DNA of 64,000 nt from Paraspadella gotoi (Eukaryota > Animalia > Chaetognatha). The position numbers were made by a program, and so were the translations under genes. Shown in pieces: positions 28,091 through 39,703 of the stretch (the first letter of the stretch is position 1; each line of letters opens with the position of its first letter). The DNA lies in contig CM119263.1 in assembly GCA_051294375.1 (NCBI GenBank), positions 30,999,830 through 31,063,829 on the forward strand, written 5' to 3'. Below the pieces are notes generated by a model. It was not told where the DNA came from and searched no databases. It saw nothing but the letters and a program-made list of their open reading frames with translations.

Positions 28091-29904
28091 TCATTTAAGA
28101 CCGAGCTTCTTCTTCTCTTTATCCTTCTTTCTGACCACATCGAGATTTCTGTCCCTCCAGTTGCTCTTCCTCAATTTCATTGGTCGATTCCCGATATATT
28201 TTCCGTTGAGTTCGCGCATCGAGCGAATAAAGTCCTGAAGAGGATGGAAAGAAGAGTATAAAAAAGACGTGACCTAATAACTCTTGGGACAATGGAATAT
28301 GGACAACACGGACGCTTAAATCTGTCTATAAAACTCCATCGATATCCAAGATTTATTCAATTCCTGAAGTATTTATCATAATTCTTTATCAATCCTCCTA
28401 GACGCGACAATATGCAAATGAGATTAAGGGACTCAAAAAGTTTCTCTGACCTGAGGATCCTTAAAGGAGACGAAGCCGAAACCTCGACTCTTGTTTGTCC
28501 TTTTGTCTCTGACGACTTTGGCCTTTTGAAATGAAGGATATTTGCCGAAGGCTTTGATCAAATGGTCGTCCGTCACTTCGTTGCCTGGAGGGGTTACAGA
28601 ATTTAAAAAGGGTCAGACCTGATCAAAAAGCCCCAACCCTCTCTCCCTTCCTCCGTCTCACCAATGTCCCCCACGAATATTCGGAAGTCGTCGTTATCCC
28701 ATTCGGCAAGCGTCGGGTCTTCCCAAGTCTCTCCTCCCGCTTGACGCAAGTTTCGTCGAATCTTAAACTTTTTCTCCTTTTTTTCCTTCTTCTTCGTCGT
28801 CGTTGTCGTCGTCGTCGAGGTCGTCGTCAATCCCGAGGACCCGGGTTGGGGCGTAGACATTTTAGCCGGCGTCGTCGTCGTCTCTTTGGGAGGTGGCGTC
28901 TCCTCTTTCTGTTTGGGAATCGGCGAAAGTAATCATTACACGTTATTTATTATTAACTGTAATGTTTATTATTTATAATAAATTATTTGTAATTTAAAAG
29001 TTACTGACGTCATTCACAAAACCCTAAAATCCTTGGATTCTGGTGACTCAAATTGACCTGTCATCAAGATGACCTTAGTCACAAAGATACCGTTCACCAA
29101 ACTACTGTGAAGCCTCAGTTATTGACTTTTTAAGAAGTTAATATAAAATTAATTAAATTAAATCAACGACTTAATTCTTTGTGACGAGGGTTACCAAAGG
29201 ATCTCAATAGTTCCATTTCCAAATCCGAGATGAAACTCACCTCCTCTTCCTCTTCCACCCTCTTGTTCAGCACCGGCGCGGCGGCGTAAACGATCTTCGG
29301 CGGCGCTGAAAAGACGGCGCCGGCGGCGGGTTTCGGCGGCGCCGAGAGAACGGGTCCCATCTCTCGGGGCCGCGGATGGAAGCGAGACTCGAAGGGGGCG
29401 AACGGGTGAGGAGGCCGCGAGGGGCCGGGGAAGGCTTGAGCCGTTGGTAATGTCGAAGGAAAGGGAGGCGGAGGTGGGATGGCAGCGCCGGGTCCTCCCG
29501 GACCAGCGGGTCCGCCACGTTTGACTTGATGAGGAACGAAAAGAGGAAGGGAACGAGAGAAGGAAGGAGGAGGAGGAGGAGGAGCGACGAGGCGACTCTG
29601 AACTTGATGGAAAGTGTTGGCAGCGATCATGCGGGCGCCGGACGAATCCTGAGTGTGAGGAAAGGTAAGTTAAAGAGTAACAGAAGTTACTTTATAATTG
29701 TAAACTTCGTCTGCTTATGAATTTTATACGTGTCCTTCCTACCTGCATCGCCGTGGGAATCATCTTTACGATCCCAGTCTGTGGAGGTCCCATCTGCGGC
29801 GCCATCTGCGGTGCGATCATGCTCATCTGTCCGGCCAATTCTTTCTCGAATCTCTCCATCTCCGCCTGCATCTCCAGCATCTTCGCGTCGGATAAACGCG
29901 CCAT
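28091..29904 (-). CDS. RBM42: RNA-binding protein 42 (RRM), 5 exons
   Basis: MARLSDAKMLEMQAEMERFE; RQAGGETWEDPTLAEWDNDDFRIFVGDIGNEVTDD...RGFGFVSFKDPQDFIRSMRELNGKYIGNRPMKLRKSNW...LGLK*. Confidence 0.96.
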
Positions 29905-30099
29905 TTTTAAATAATGTTTGCTTTAGGCTAAAGATAAAAATAATAAATATGAACGTTAATTTAGGAATTTCAATAACGAATTTAATAACGTTTTGGCTAA
30001 TGATTGGGGAAATTATGCTAACAACTAAAACTCTGAAATGAATTTGTCTTTTCAAAAAAGGCGAATGCGAGAGAGTGAAAACAAAATAGGGAGAGGGAG

Positions 30100-31839
30100 T
30101 CAATCGATGGCGGCGATCGCCCAACCGTTCTTTTCTTCTTCCATCTTCTTCTCATCTTCTTCCATCGCCTTCTCCGCCAACGCCTTCCCAAGGACCACGC
30201 CTACAAATACTCCGAGACCCAATTTTGTGTTCGAGACGAATTTGCGCCAACAATCGCTAGGATCATTCAAGTCGAGGGTCGCCACTTGACGGGCCAAATG
30301 GACTCCGCAGCCGGCGACGCCGACGTAAAATGGCCAAGCAACGCCGGCCTCGACGCCGGCCAGAGTCAACAACGAAGTCATGACCACCGAGAATGCCGCC
30401 AGCGCCGGTTTTGTCCAGGCGTCGCCGAGAAAGAGCGCCGAGGACTTTACGCCGATCAATACGTCGTCGGTTTTATCCTAGAAAAAAGGTCGAAAGTAAA
30501 TTATAATTTTGGCCGATATTTCGTTATTTATAACATTGATTTTAAATTTTCAACACATAAAAATTTACAATTTTAATGAAAAAAAAGGTTTTCTCTCATT
30601 CTTTTTCCACATATTATTAAATTTTCTTTTACATTTTGAATACAAATTATAATTATTTCTTTTCTCACTTGATGAGCGTAGATAGTATCGTAGATGAGCG
30701 TCCAAAAGACGCCGGCAGCATAAAGAGGAAGCGTGACGTTCCAGTCGCAGCCTCCTCTAACGGCGGCGTAACCCAGAAACGCCCCCCAGTTGAACGACAT
30801 TCCCAGGAAGAGCTGCGGCCAGTTGGTGACCCTTTTGGCGAGCGGGTAAGTCACGACGATAAGGAGAGAGGAAGCGCCGAGGATAATGGAATAAAGGTTC
30901 AGCTGCAGCAGGACCGCCAGAGCAGCGGAGAGCTGAAGCGCAAGGAACACGATCGCCTGATGGTGGAAAGGAAATGTTACTACAGCAAACAACAACAACA
31001 TCAGACTAAATGATTTGCAAAATCTTTTCTTAACCCGAGGTCACTTCTTGACCTTTTTCCCTGACCTGTGAATAACATCACAGAAGAATAATTCTGAGGC
31101 AATCAACAAGCGAAGATCAAGATTAATCGATTAACCAGACCCTCGGCGTTAAACTAACCTGCCGAACGGAGATTTCTCCGCTGGCGAGGGGACGCGTCTT
31201 CGTCCTCTCCACTTTATCGTCGATGTCCCGATCCCAGAGGTCGTTGATGGTGCAGCCGGCGCCACGCATCAACACCGCCCCGACGCCGAACAGCGCCAAC
31301 AGCGTAAAGTCGGGCATCGACCCGGCGGGGGCGGCCAGGCCGATGGCCCATGTGCAGGGAAGATAGAGCAGCCAGGAACCGATGGGTTTGTCGAGTCGAG
31401 CCAGGCGAAGGTAAGGTCGAACAGATGATGGAGCTGATTCGACCAACGCCGCCGGACGGAGATCGGACAAGACGGAAAGGCGCCGGAGAAAGTCGCGAGG
31501 GGGCGGAGTCATCAGAGGCGGACCGCGACAAGTGTTACGCGTGACGGAAGGCGTAATCGGCGCCGAAGTGATGGGAATGAGGCGTCCTCTGTCGTCAATT
31601 TTAGACAATGACGAAAAAGTCCGACGTAAAGTCCGTGGGTTTGGCGTCGTTGACTTGTCACTTCCTGCGCGTGTTGTCGTCATTGTCAAGGGAGAAATGC
31701 AGAAATAGAAGCGGGACGCTGTGTAGGGCGGCGCCAATTTACTCCTAGAAGATACGCTACTCGAAAAATTAGGCGCCTGACTGAACCGTGACGCGTAACT
31801 CAGGAATACGGAAAAGAGTTTTCTAGCGTGGCGCGTCAT
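30100..31839 (-). CDS. COQ2: 4-hydroxybenzoate polyprenyltransferase, mitochondrial, 3 exons
   Basis: [18 protein letters not shown]; [15 protein letters not shown]; RPLASG; [27 protein letters not shown]-terminal Arg/Ser-rich presequence. Confidence 0.97.
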
Positions 31840-33390
31840 TTTGAGCTGTCTCCGTATAGTGCCTATTAGTCGACTGATTTCAAGTTTTGTTTATATCTGG
31901 TCGAGCCCCGAAGAGAATTGAATTTCGCAAGAAGCAATCATATTTTATTTAGTGGTTGCTCATGATATGTGTAAATGCCATTTATTGTTTTCACGACATT
32001 TCGTCCACGTTTTAATGTTGAAATCGAAAAGCCAAGATGTCAACGACCTTCTGCTTTCAAGATCCGACCTCTTAATTTTATTGTTTATTTTGGTTAATTA
32101 CCAGTTTTCATTAAACCGTCTGTCGTCGTCATTATCGTAATCCACCCCGACGGCGTCACATCGTCACGGCGACGCTCACATTATATTTTTGTTTATTTAT
32201 TTATTAATCCCCTCTTGGATTTTTCTCTTTTCCTTCGTCTGCTGCTTCTTCTTCTTTTTCTGAATTCAAATGTTTTTCTCGATTCGTGTTTGTCTTTTGT
32301 TTCCGCCTCTTTTCTGTCTTCTTCTCTTGTGGAAGCGACATCTGACGAAATTGTACTTTCTTTAAAAGTAATATTTAAAAATATTTAATTTTTATTTTCA
32401 TCGCGGTATTAAATATATATTTTAGATTAAGGTTGAATAACAATAATTATTGTAAAATTGTTTTTCAATTTAAAATAAAAAATTCTGAGGCGTTACATTA
32501 AGAATAATTTTCACAACCTGACACGTTGCTCTTTTGTTAAATTATTGTGATTTTTAATAAAACTACCGGTCCCAAATCCCAATGCCAAAGAAGAAAAATA
32601 AATCTAATTAATATTTTTTTTAAATAATGGATTATAAAATAGTTAATAAAAGAGGAAATAAAGAGAATGAAAAAGATGAGCGACGAGATCGAAAAGAGAG
32701 AAGTGGAGGAGGAGGAGGAGAAGACATTGGTGGGGTCCCCTGGTCTCCATTGACACATTTCCATTCGCCGCCAACTCACGTTTTTTCTTGCTATTTCTTT
32801 TTTAAGCTTCGTCCCGCGTAACTAATGCATTTTAACAGTTTTACTCTCGGGGAGAAGTGGAAAGTCTTGTCACCGTGACCTCGAATTCGAGTCCTCCGTT
32901 TACTTCGAGGAGACGCCCGGGAGTTTCGCTCGCTGAAAAACGGTTCTTTGAAAGTTATTTCTTGATAAAATTTTGCTTTGACCGACTAGAAATTTCGCTT
33001 CTTATGAGTAAAAATGTATTATAAATAACGGCAAAGGCTGTTGTTACCCTAAAATGACTAAATCCCCCTAACCTTAGTAATGTAATGTTAGGACCCGCCG
33101 GTCCGTCCTTCTAAAACGTCCCCGAGAATATTCGAGATAACTCTTCTATCCCGCCGAGATGCTTCGGTCGTCCAGAGATGCTTCAAAGGCGGCTTAAGCC
33201 TGTTTATCTCTATTTTCTCTGCTGCTTGCAGAATACCGGTTGCCATCAGTGATTAAAAACCATCGTGTTGCATGCCCGGAAGGGTGCTGAAAAATTTTTC
33301 GTCAGTTACCTAGAATTGTAACATAGGGTTATATAGATGTAAGCTGCCCAGTGCCCATACAAATGGTTTACTTCCTGATAAAAACTTGCA

Positions 33391-35479
33391 ATGCAATCGA
33401 CGTCCATTCAAGCCGTTCGCTTATCTGCGCGTTTTCTCACGCTCCACGTCCCCGTCTCTCCGTTGTGGCTAAAGACTGTCCCGGTCCCGGCCACCAGATT
33501 CCACAGAAAACTTTGGCACCGAAATCATAGATTTTATTCTGTTGGCGCCGCGCGATTTCAGGCCGTCGTCGCCGACACTTTCGTGGAGACGACGCCGCCG
33601 CCCGGGCGAGGCGGCTCCGTCGTGGATACGCTGGACGATGCCGTCGCACAAGCCCTCCAGTTGTTTGAGAAGCCGGACAACGTGGAACAGTCGGGCGCCT
33701 TTCCGCAGGAATGGCTTAGGTCGAGCACGGCGTCAAAACTCAACTCGGAGGAGGCACTCGGTCTGAATCCTAAGTCAATTTAATCTACTACAAATATATA
33801 CAGTAGTTATATGTAGTTGTATATACATATATTTACTACCTTGGGTTAGTTGATTAATTCTCAAGTCGGGTCCTTGTTTTCAGGTTCGACGAATCTCCCT
33901 TCTCCCGACGCCCCAGCCGAAGCCCTCTATAATGTCTCTGACCAATCCGTGCCCTCCGGAGCCGCGGAAGCCCTCTCCTCGGCCCAAGTGGATCCCTTCG
34001 TCATACCTCTGCCGCCGCTGCCCCCGATCGCAACGCCAGGCCAGGCCGAACTCTCTTTTACCGAGATGGGTCTTAACAGTTGGTGGCCGCACGGGTGGAT
34101 TCAGAACGTCTTCGAGTATTGCCACGATTATAAAGGCTTCACGTGGATGGCGAGTTTGAGGTGTGCGGTTTAAGTTAAATTACAGTTTTAAAACTAGTGA
34201 AGAGACAGTAATTATTGATGTGTTAGTGACAGAAATGTTTAATAAGCAGTCCCTGAGCTTCGGATGAGGCTGTAACACCATGTTACAGGCGGGTTAATCG
34301 CCCCGTCCCTCTTAACTGCTAGGCGACCACCGGGCTAGAACCCCGGACCTTTGGGTTGGAAGGCGAATGACTTGCCTCCGGCGCCAATGGCCGCTGATGA
34401 ACGGTTGGTAGATTTTAGTCCACCATACAAGCAAGATTTTTAATTATTTATTTTGGTTAAACTTGTATTTACAACGTATTTAGTTCTTTTTGTTTTTTTA
34501 AAATGGAAATGTTTTCAATCTATTAAATTTGACAGCCTCGTTGCCTTGGTGATTCGACTCGTGACTTTTCCCTTATTCATTCGGACGGAGGCAATCCAAG
34601 CTCAGGACGGTGAAAACCAAGTCAAGTATTTGCAGTTGATGAAGAAACGTCAAGAAGCCAAAAATTCTGGGGACTGGATCAAGGATCTCCGAGCCCAAAA
34701 CGAGCTCGCCATCTTCATGAGGGCCACCCGCTACAAACCCCATCGTTACATGATGGCGCCTCTCATCCAAGCTCCCATCTTCATCTCGGTGGTGTTTGCG
34801 ATTCGCGGCATGACCACCGCCCCCGTCGAGAGCATGAAGACGGGAGGCTTCTTCTGGTTTACCGATCTCACCCTCGCCGATCCTTACTTCCTTTTGCCTC
34901 TCTTCAACGTCGGCTCTCTCTGGGCGCAGATGGAACTGGGCATCGAGATGCAATCCGCCAAAACGATGACCAAGCAGCAAAAGTGGTTGATTCGCGCTCT
35001 GCCTGTCGTCCTCTTTCCAATTCTCTGTTTTCAAAGCAGCGCCCTCGCCTACTATTGGTCCTTGAGCATCTGGCTCGCGTTTTTCAGCAAGATTGCGTTG
35101 CGCAACAAGGCGGTGCGCAGGATGCTGGAGATTCCGGAGGCCAAGCCAATTCGTTTCGGCAGCATTTACAGGCGAGCGACTCTGGGGTACAACATGGAAA
35201 AATGATTTTACTGTTTACGTAATTATATTGATTTTATAATATGCGCGCATGATTTTAAATTATTAGTCTTCTTCTCTTCTGAACAGCCAAGGCAAGAAGA
35301 AAGATCCTTTGACCTGGAAGGGATTGAAAAAGCGGACGACGGACTTCAGAAAGTCGTTTCGTCGGGGGTCCACTCCCACCAGCATCGAGAAACGGGACGA
35401 GTCCTTGTGGCGAGAAGCCGGCCTCAACGCTCCCGTCAAGACTTACAAGTTTGACCCGACGAAAAATCCCGTCCGTTGA
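33391..35479 (+). CDS. OXA1L: Mitochondrial inner-membrane insertase OXA1L (YidC/Oxa1 family), 4 exons
   Basis: ELSFTEMGLNSWWPHGWIQ; VIRLVTFPL; APLIQAPIFISV; GGFFWFTDLTLADPYFLLP; C-terminal PVKTYKFDPTK. The start codon is tentative. Confidence 0.93.
34210..34394 (-). mobile_element. tRNA-Gly(TCC)-derived SINE-like element in OXA1L intron 2
   Basis: Minus-strand head (34394-34323): GCGGCCA...TGGTCGC acceptor stem, A-box TGGCGCCGGAGG, CTTCCAA loop, B-box-like GGTTCTAGCCC, broken anticodon stem. A non-tRNA body follows. Confidence 0.6.
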
Positions 35480-35867
35480 AGATAAGGATTTGGCTCGAGG
35501 ACGCCGGCCAACGATGGAGATGAACGGCTCTGAGGATTCTTGGGATGAATGGAATTAGGAGTTAGGAGGGTTTAATGAAGTGCGACTTATCTGGCGTTAA
35601 ACTTTAGGGTTATAATTTTTATAATTTAAAGAGTGCCGGTCGAGCCATAAACGATTTTAGTGAAAATCCATCTCCCTCGAGAATTTGAGTTGGTTCCTGT
35701 CATTGTTTTCTCCGTCGAAAAAAAGTCATCGTCTAATTTTAATTCAATTCACTTCCTCATCTCTTCCTCTCCTTGTTGTTGTTTTGTTTTTCAGAGTCTT
35801 TCCTCTACTATAAGGATTTGGCGTGAACGCCATCTTTTTCTAAAAACTAGGAGACGTGGACTGGCCG

Positions 35868-37528
35868 ATGATGAAGCACTCGGAGGTTTGGGAGATTGAC
35901 AATTTTTCATGGCTTTCGCGCGAGACGAAAGTCTTGAGAAGTCGCACCTTCATCGCCGGTGCAGGCGAGTGGAGAATCAAGCTCTTTCCTTTCGGTGACG
36001 GAGTTGGAAGTGGAGCGGGCGGTGCAGCCGTCGGCGGAGCGGGCAGAAAAGCGAGCGGCGGAGTGCTAATTAAAAATAACGAGGAGTTCGTTTCTGTCTA
36101 CCTCCAACTCGTTGGTCGGACGACGATGACGACAACAACAGCAACGAAAAAGAGAAAATCTTCTGCTTCTTTCGGAATTAGATCTTCTTTCAGGTTAGTA
36201 TTATAATACATATTTATTGTTATATGTTTTTATCTTTTTTAACTCTCATTTGCATCCTTTGTTTGAGCTCTTATAATCACGTATTTTATTCATGTATACT
36301 TAACCTTCAGCTTCACCCTCAGTGTAACATGACCGTACAAACTTAAAATGAATTCGCCGCTTTAGTTTCTTCGTTTTGGACGCTTCGGGCGCCGTCCTTT
36401 GGTCTCAGAAATCGGCGGGCTACTCAGCGAAGGAGCGCCGCTTCTGCTTCGACGCTTCCAACGGCCGATCCAAGATGTTCGGCTATCGACAGTTCCTCTC
36501 ACGAAGTCGATTCAATATCGTCTTCCCTCCCGCCGGAAAGCTCACGCTCAGGTGGCTGCGAAACCCATCGCTTTCTTTCACGAATAATTTTAAGTTTAAA
36601 CCAATATTTAAAACATGTTATGTTTCTAATTTAATAAATATCTGTTCAGATGCGATCTCAAGATTGGCAAGACGGCGGACGACGAGGAATCCATAACAAC
36701 AACAACGAGAGATTTTTCTTGTCTCTTCGATTTGGTGAATCGAGATACGACGGAGGAAGCAGAAGAAGAAGAGGATAAGAAGGTGAAATTGGCCGACATT
36801 GGATTCGTTGTCGATGGCATCGAGATTAAGGCGCACAAGGTGAGGAAACGTTAAGCATGGGATCTTTTTTTTTTAATTATAAAATTATTATAATTAGGAC
36901 TACTCGGGCAATAATTGAAAATTAACTTGTATTGTTATTTAAAATACTAATGAATGGCTGGTATGAGTGCTTTTCTTTAATAATTTTTATGATTTCATGT
37001 AACATCCAAGATACAAGGATATAATGCCAATAAGAATATAAAATGTAGATTTTTACTGAATTCGGTAACATGCAAATGAGATAAAAGGGCTCTTTTTTTC
37101 TCAACGTCTTCAGACTATCCTGAGCAAACGGTCGAAAGCCTTCAAAGATCTTTTTGACTCTTTCCCCGATCGAGATCGTTTCGCCGTCGACTCCGCTTTT
37201 CCTTTCGATCTCCGCCTTTCTGAAGATGCCTTGAAGGTTAGGCCTACTTTTCAACGACGAATAAACAAAGCGACTTTTTTGTTTTATGTATAAAGACTTA
37301 AAATCGTTCAAGGATACCCTCCGCTGGATCTACGCGGACACGCCCACTGTCCTGACCGCCCCCTTCAACCGCTTCCGCCGCCTCTGGTCACTCAACGTGG
37401 AGCGACTGGCGACGATGATGATCGCCGGACGAAACTACAAGATGAGCGACCTCGTCGCCGCCTGCGAATCGAAACTCATCCAAGTCTTCCGACTCCGCAG
37501 CAAACGCACCTTGTGCAAGTGCAAGTGA
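35868..37528 (+). CDS. Divergent MATH-BTB (SPOP/TDPOZ-like) protein, 5 exons
   Basis: MATH: WEIDNFS...SRTFIAGAGEWRIKLFPFG...FVSVYLQL...FGYRQFLSR. BTB: ADIGFVVDGIEIKAHK/TILSKRSKAF...LRWIY...YKMSDLVAACE. Confidence 0.85.
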
Positions 37529-37614
37529 GGACCTATTCTTCAAGAGGACTAAAGGGGTCTTAGCAGACAGTTGGTGACATCAGTAGGCCGATGCACCACT
37601 GTAACTCTCGCGGT

Positions 37615-38225
37615 TTCTGAGTAGAAGAAGCACTGAAAGTTACGTACCGAAATTCTAAAAGTCAATTATGAACAACATACCATCAGTGAACATTAATTTG
37701 TAAAAAAAATTAATTTTGTTTTTTAATTTTCGCAATAGGCTATATTTATATATAGTACTATCCTTATAAAATCGAAAAATGTAAAAATTTTGATTGCAGA
37801 TTTGAATTCCTCGTCAAAAGTTGATAAAAGAAAATATAAATCATTTTTAAAAATTCTTTCATTAAGTGGGTTAAAAATTAAAAAAACTATATTTAATATA
37901 TAAAAAGTTAATTTTCAGCTTAAAATATAGCTTTTTCTAATTTTTGACCCACCTAATAAAGGAATTTTTCAAAAAGTTATATCTTTTTATCAACTTTTTA
38001 TGACGAATCCAAATCTGCAAAAAAATCTTAGAAAAAACTTTTTGAAATTGTAACATTTATTGGATTAGTACTAGTATAAATATGGCCTACTGCATAAATT
38101 GTAAAATTTATTATAAAGTTTTTTATACATAAATGTTCATTAGTATAATGTTGTTCATTCCTCACCTTTAAAATTTTAATTAAAGTTAATTTAAGAAATT
38201 TTACTACGCCTTACTGAACAAGCTT
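37615..38225. mobile_element. Palindromic AT-rich MITE-like element
   Basis: Inverted arms, e.g. gcagatttgaattcctcgtcaaaagttgataaaag against ctttttatcaactttttatgacgaatccaaatctgc, centred near 37915. Confidence 0.75.
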
Positions 38226-38692
38226 CGGTCGGCAGTAATATGCGGGAGGCCAAAAGTCCGGCCAATGTCATGTACAACTAACTGAATGGTAAGACAATCA
38301 GGTAAATGTGGTAACAAGAACCAAAGAGCTACAGCAAATAAAACTGTAAAGTAAAATGAGGCACAAACCATAAATAAGGCACATAATAAAGTAAACGTAA
38401 AAGTAATAAAACCAAATATGAGTTCGTGAATCGCAGATGAACGGAGGCAGACGATCCCGAAAGAGAGAAGCCATGAACGTGACCGTAACAGCTGTTGAGT
38501 TGGAATCGGTCGTCAAATGGTCCATTCTGATTCTGGCTTATCTGTTTAGAGTGATAATAATTATACTGTTGAATATTGATTCATTAATCATTATCCATCG
38601 AACTCTCTCTCCATTCAAGTCTGAAGCGAAATGGAAAAGCGACTCGCGATGAGGATTTTTTTCACTTCGACGACAAACCCTTCGCTCTCGAC

Positions 38693-38702
38693 AAAATGGC
38701 GG
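38693..38702 (+). promoter_or_regulatory. YY1-type motif AAAATGGCGG, probably near the DOP1 transcription start
   Basis: Consensus YY1 site in a GC-rich island ~1 kb upstream of the DOP1 ATG. A donor gtaaga at 39286 and an acceptor near 39683 suggest a 5' UTR intron. Confidence 0.4.
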
Positions 38703-39703
38703 GCATCGCTTCCCTCGTCAGCGCCGCGAGATTGGGAGCCTATCTAGAGTCTTGTCGGACGGCGAGGCGCTCGGAGTGAGGAGGGTTTGACCGAGAGGAA
38801 AGTCTGATGAATGGGAGGAAAAGCCAAGAAGGGAGAGAAAAGAAAATAGTAGGAGAGAAGATAGAAAATCGAAGCCTGATGTTCGATGGCGGAAGTCGGA
38901 AAGACTTTCTAGTTTCACTTTCCAGTTTTTTCGATTCCGACGAAGCGAATTTATTTTTAAATTCGTCATTTTCATTTTTCAATCGTCGCTTTTGTGATTG
39001 GTGTTTTTTTTTCGCTCAACCTAAAATTAAAATTGTTTCGTGATTATGTTCTCATAATTTTAAATTCTTTGATCTTTTTTTAATTCGAATTAAGTTCAAC
39101 TCAAAGTTGAATTTTGTTTTTTTGTATATAATTTTTTGAACAACAAACTCTTGCTTTCGTTGTATTTTGAATGAAAAAAATATTTGTTTCTTACTTTCTG
39201 TAATAATTTTACTACGGATGCCAATCGCTTTTTTCGTTTTTGGTGCAATAGTTTTGCTTTTTTTTTTTCATTTTTAGGAGGCAAAGTAAGATCAATTATC
39301 GCGGAATTATATTCGGATCCTCGCTGACGTCACCAGAAACGATAATAGCGTGTTATCGTGTTTGGTGGGAATATTCGCCTAAGATGCATAATAATAAAAT
39401 TAAAGATAGGGGTTAATGTAGTATGGCCGCTTTGTAGAGTTATCGAATGACAAGATCGAGCGGAAATCTTTATAACGATTCACGATTTTGAATTAAAGTT
39501 AACGTCCGAAATATAAATTTATTCGTGCACCTCATTACAGTCTGATCGTTAGATGTAGCGGTATTTAACTTTTTAAAAGCTAAGAAGAAGAATAAACTCC
39601 AAAAATGAGTCGAACTTAGAGGAAGAAAAAAAGACAAAGGAGCAAAAAAGAAAGAAAAACAAATATTTTTCCTCCGACAAAAGAGCAACTCGTCTCGAGG
39701 AAA

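Noticed and set aside
31840-33390. Spliced-leader RNA or snRNA gene in the divergent promoter region
   Set aside because: I could not find a convincing donor plus Sm-site plus stem-loop arrangement here or elsewhere in the window.
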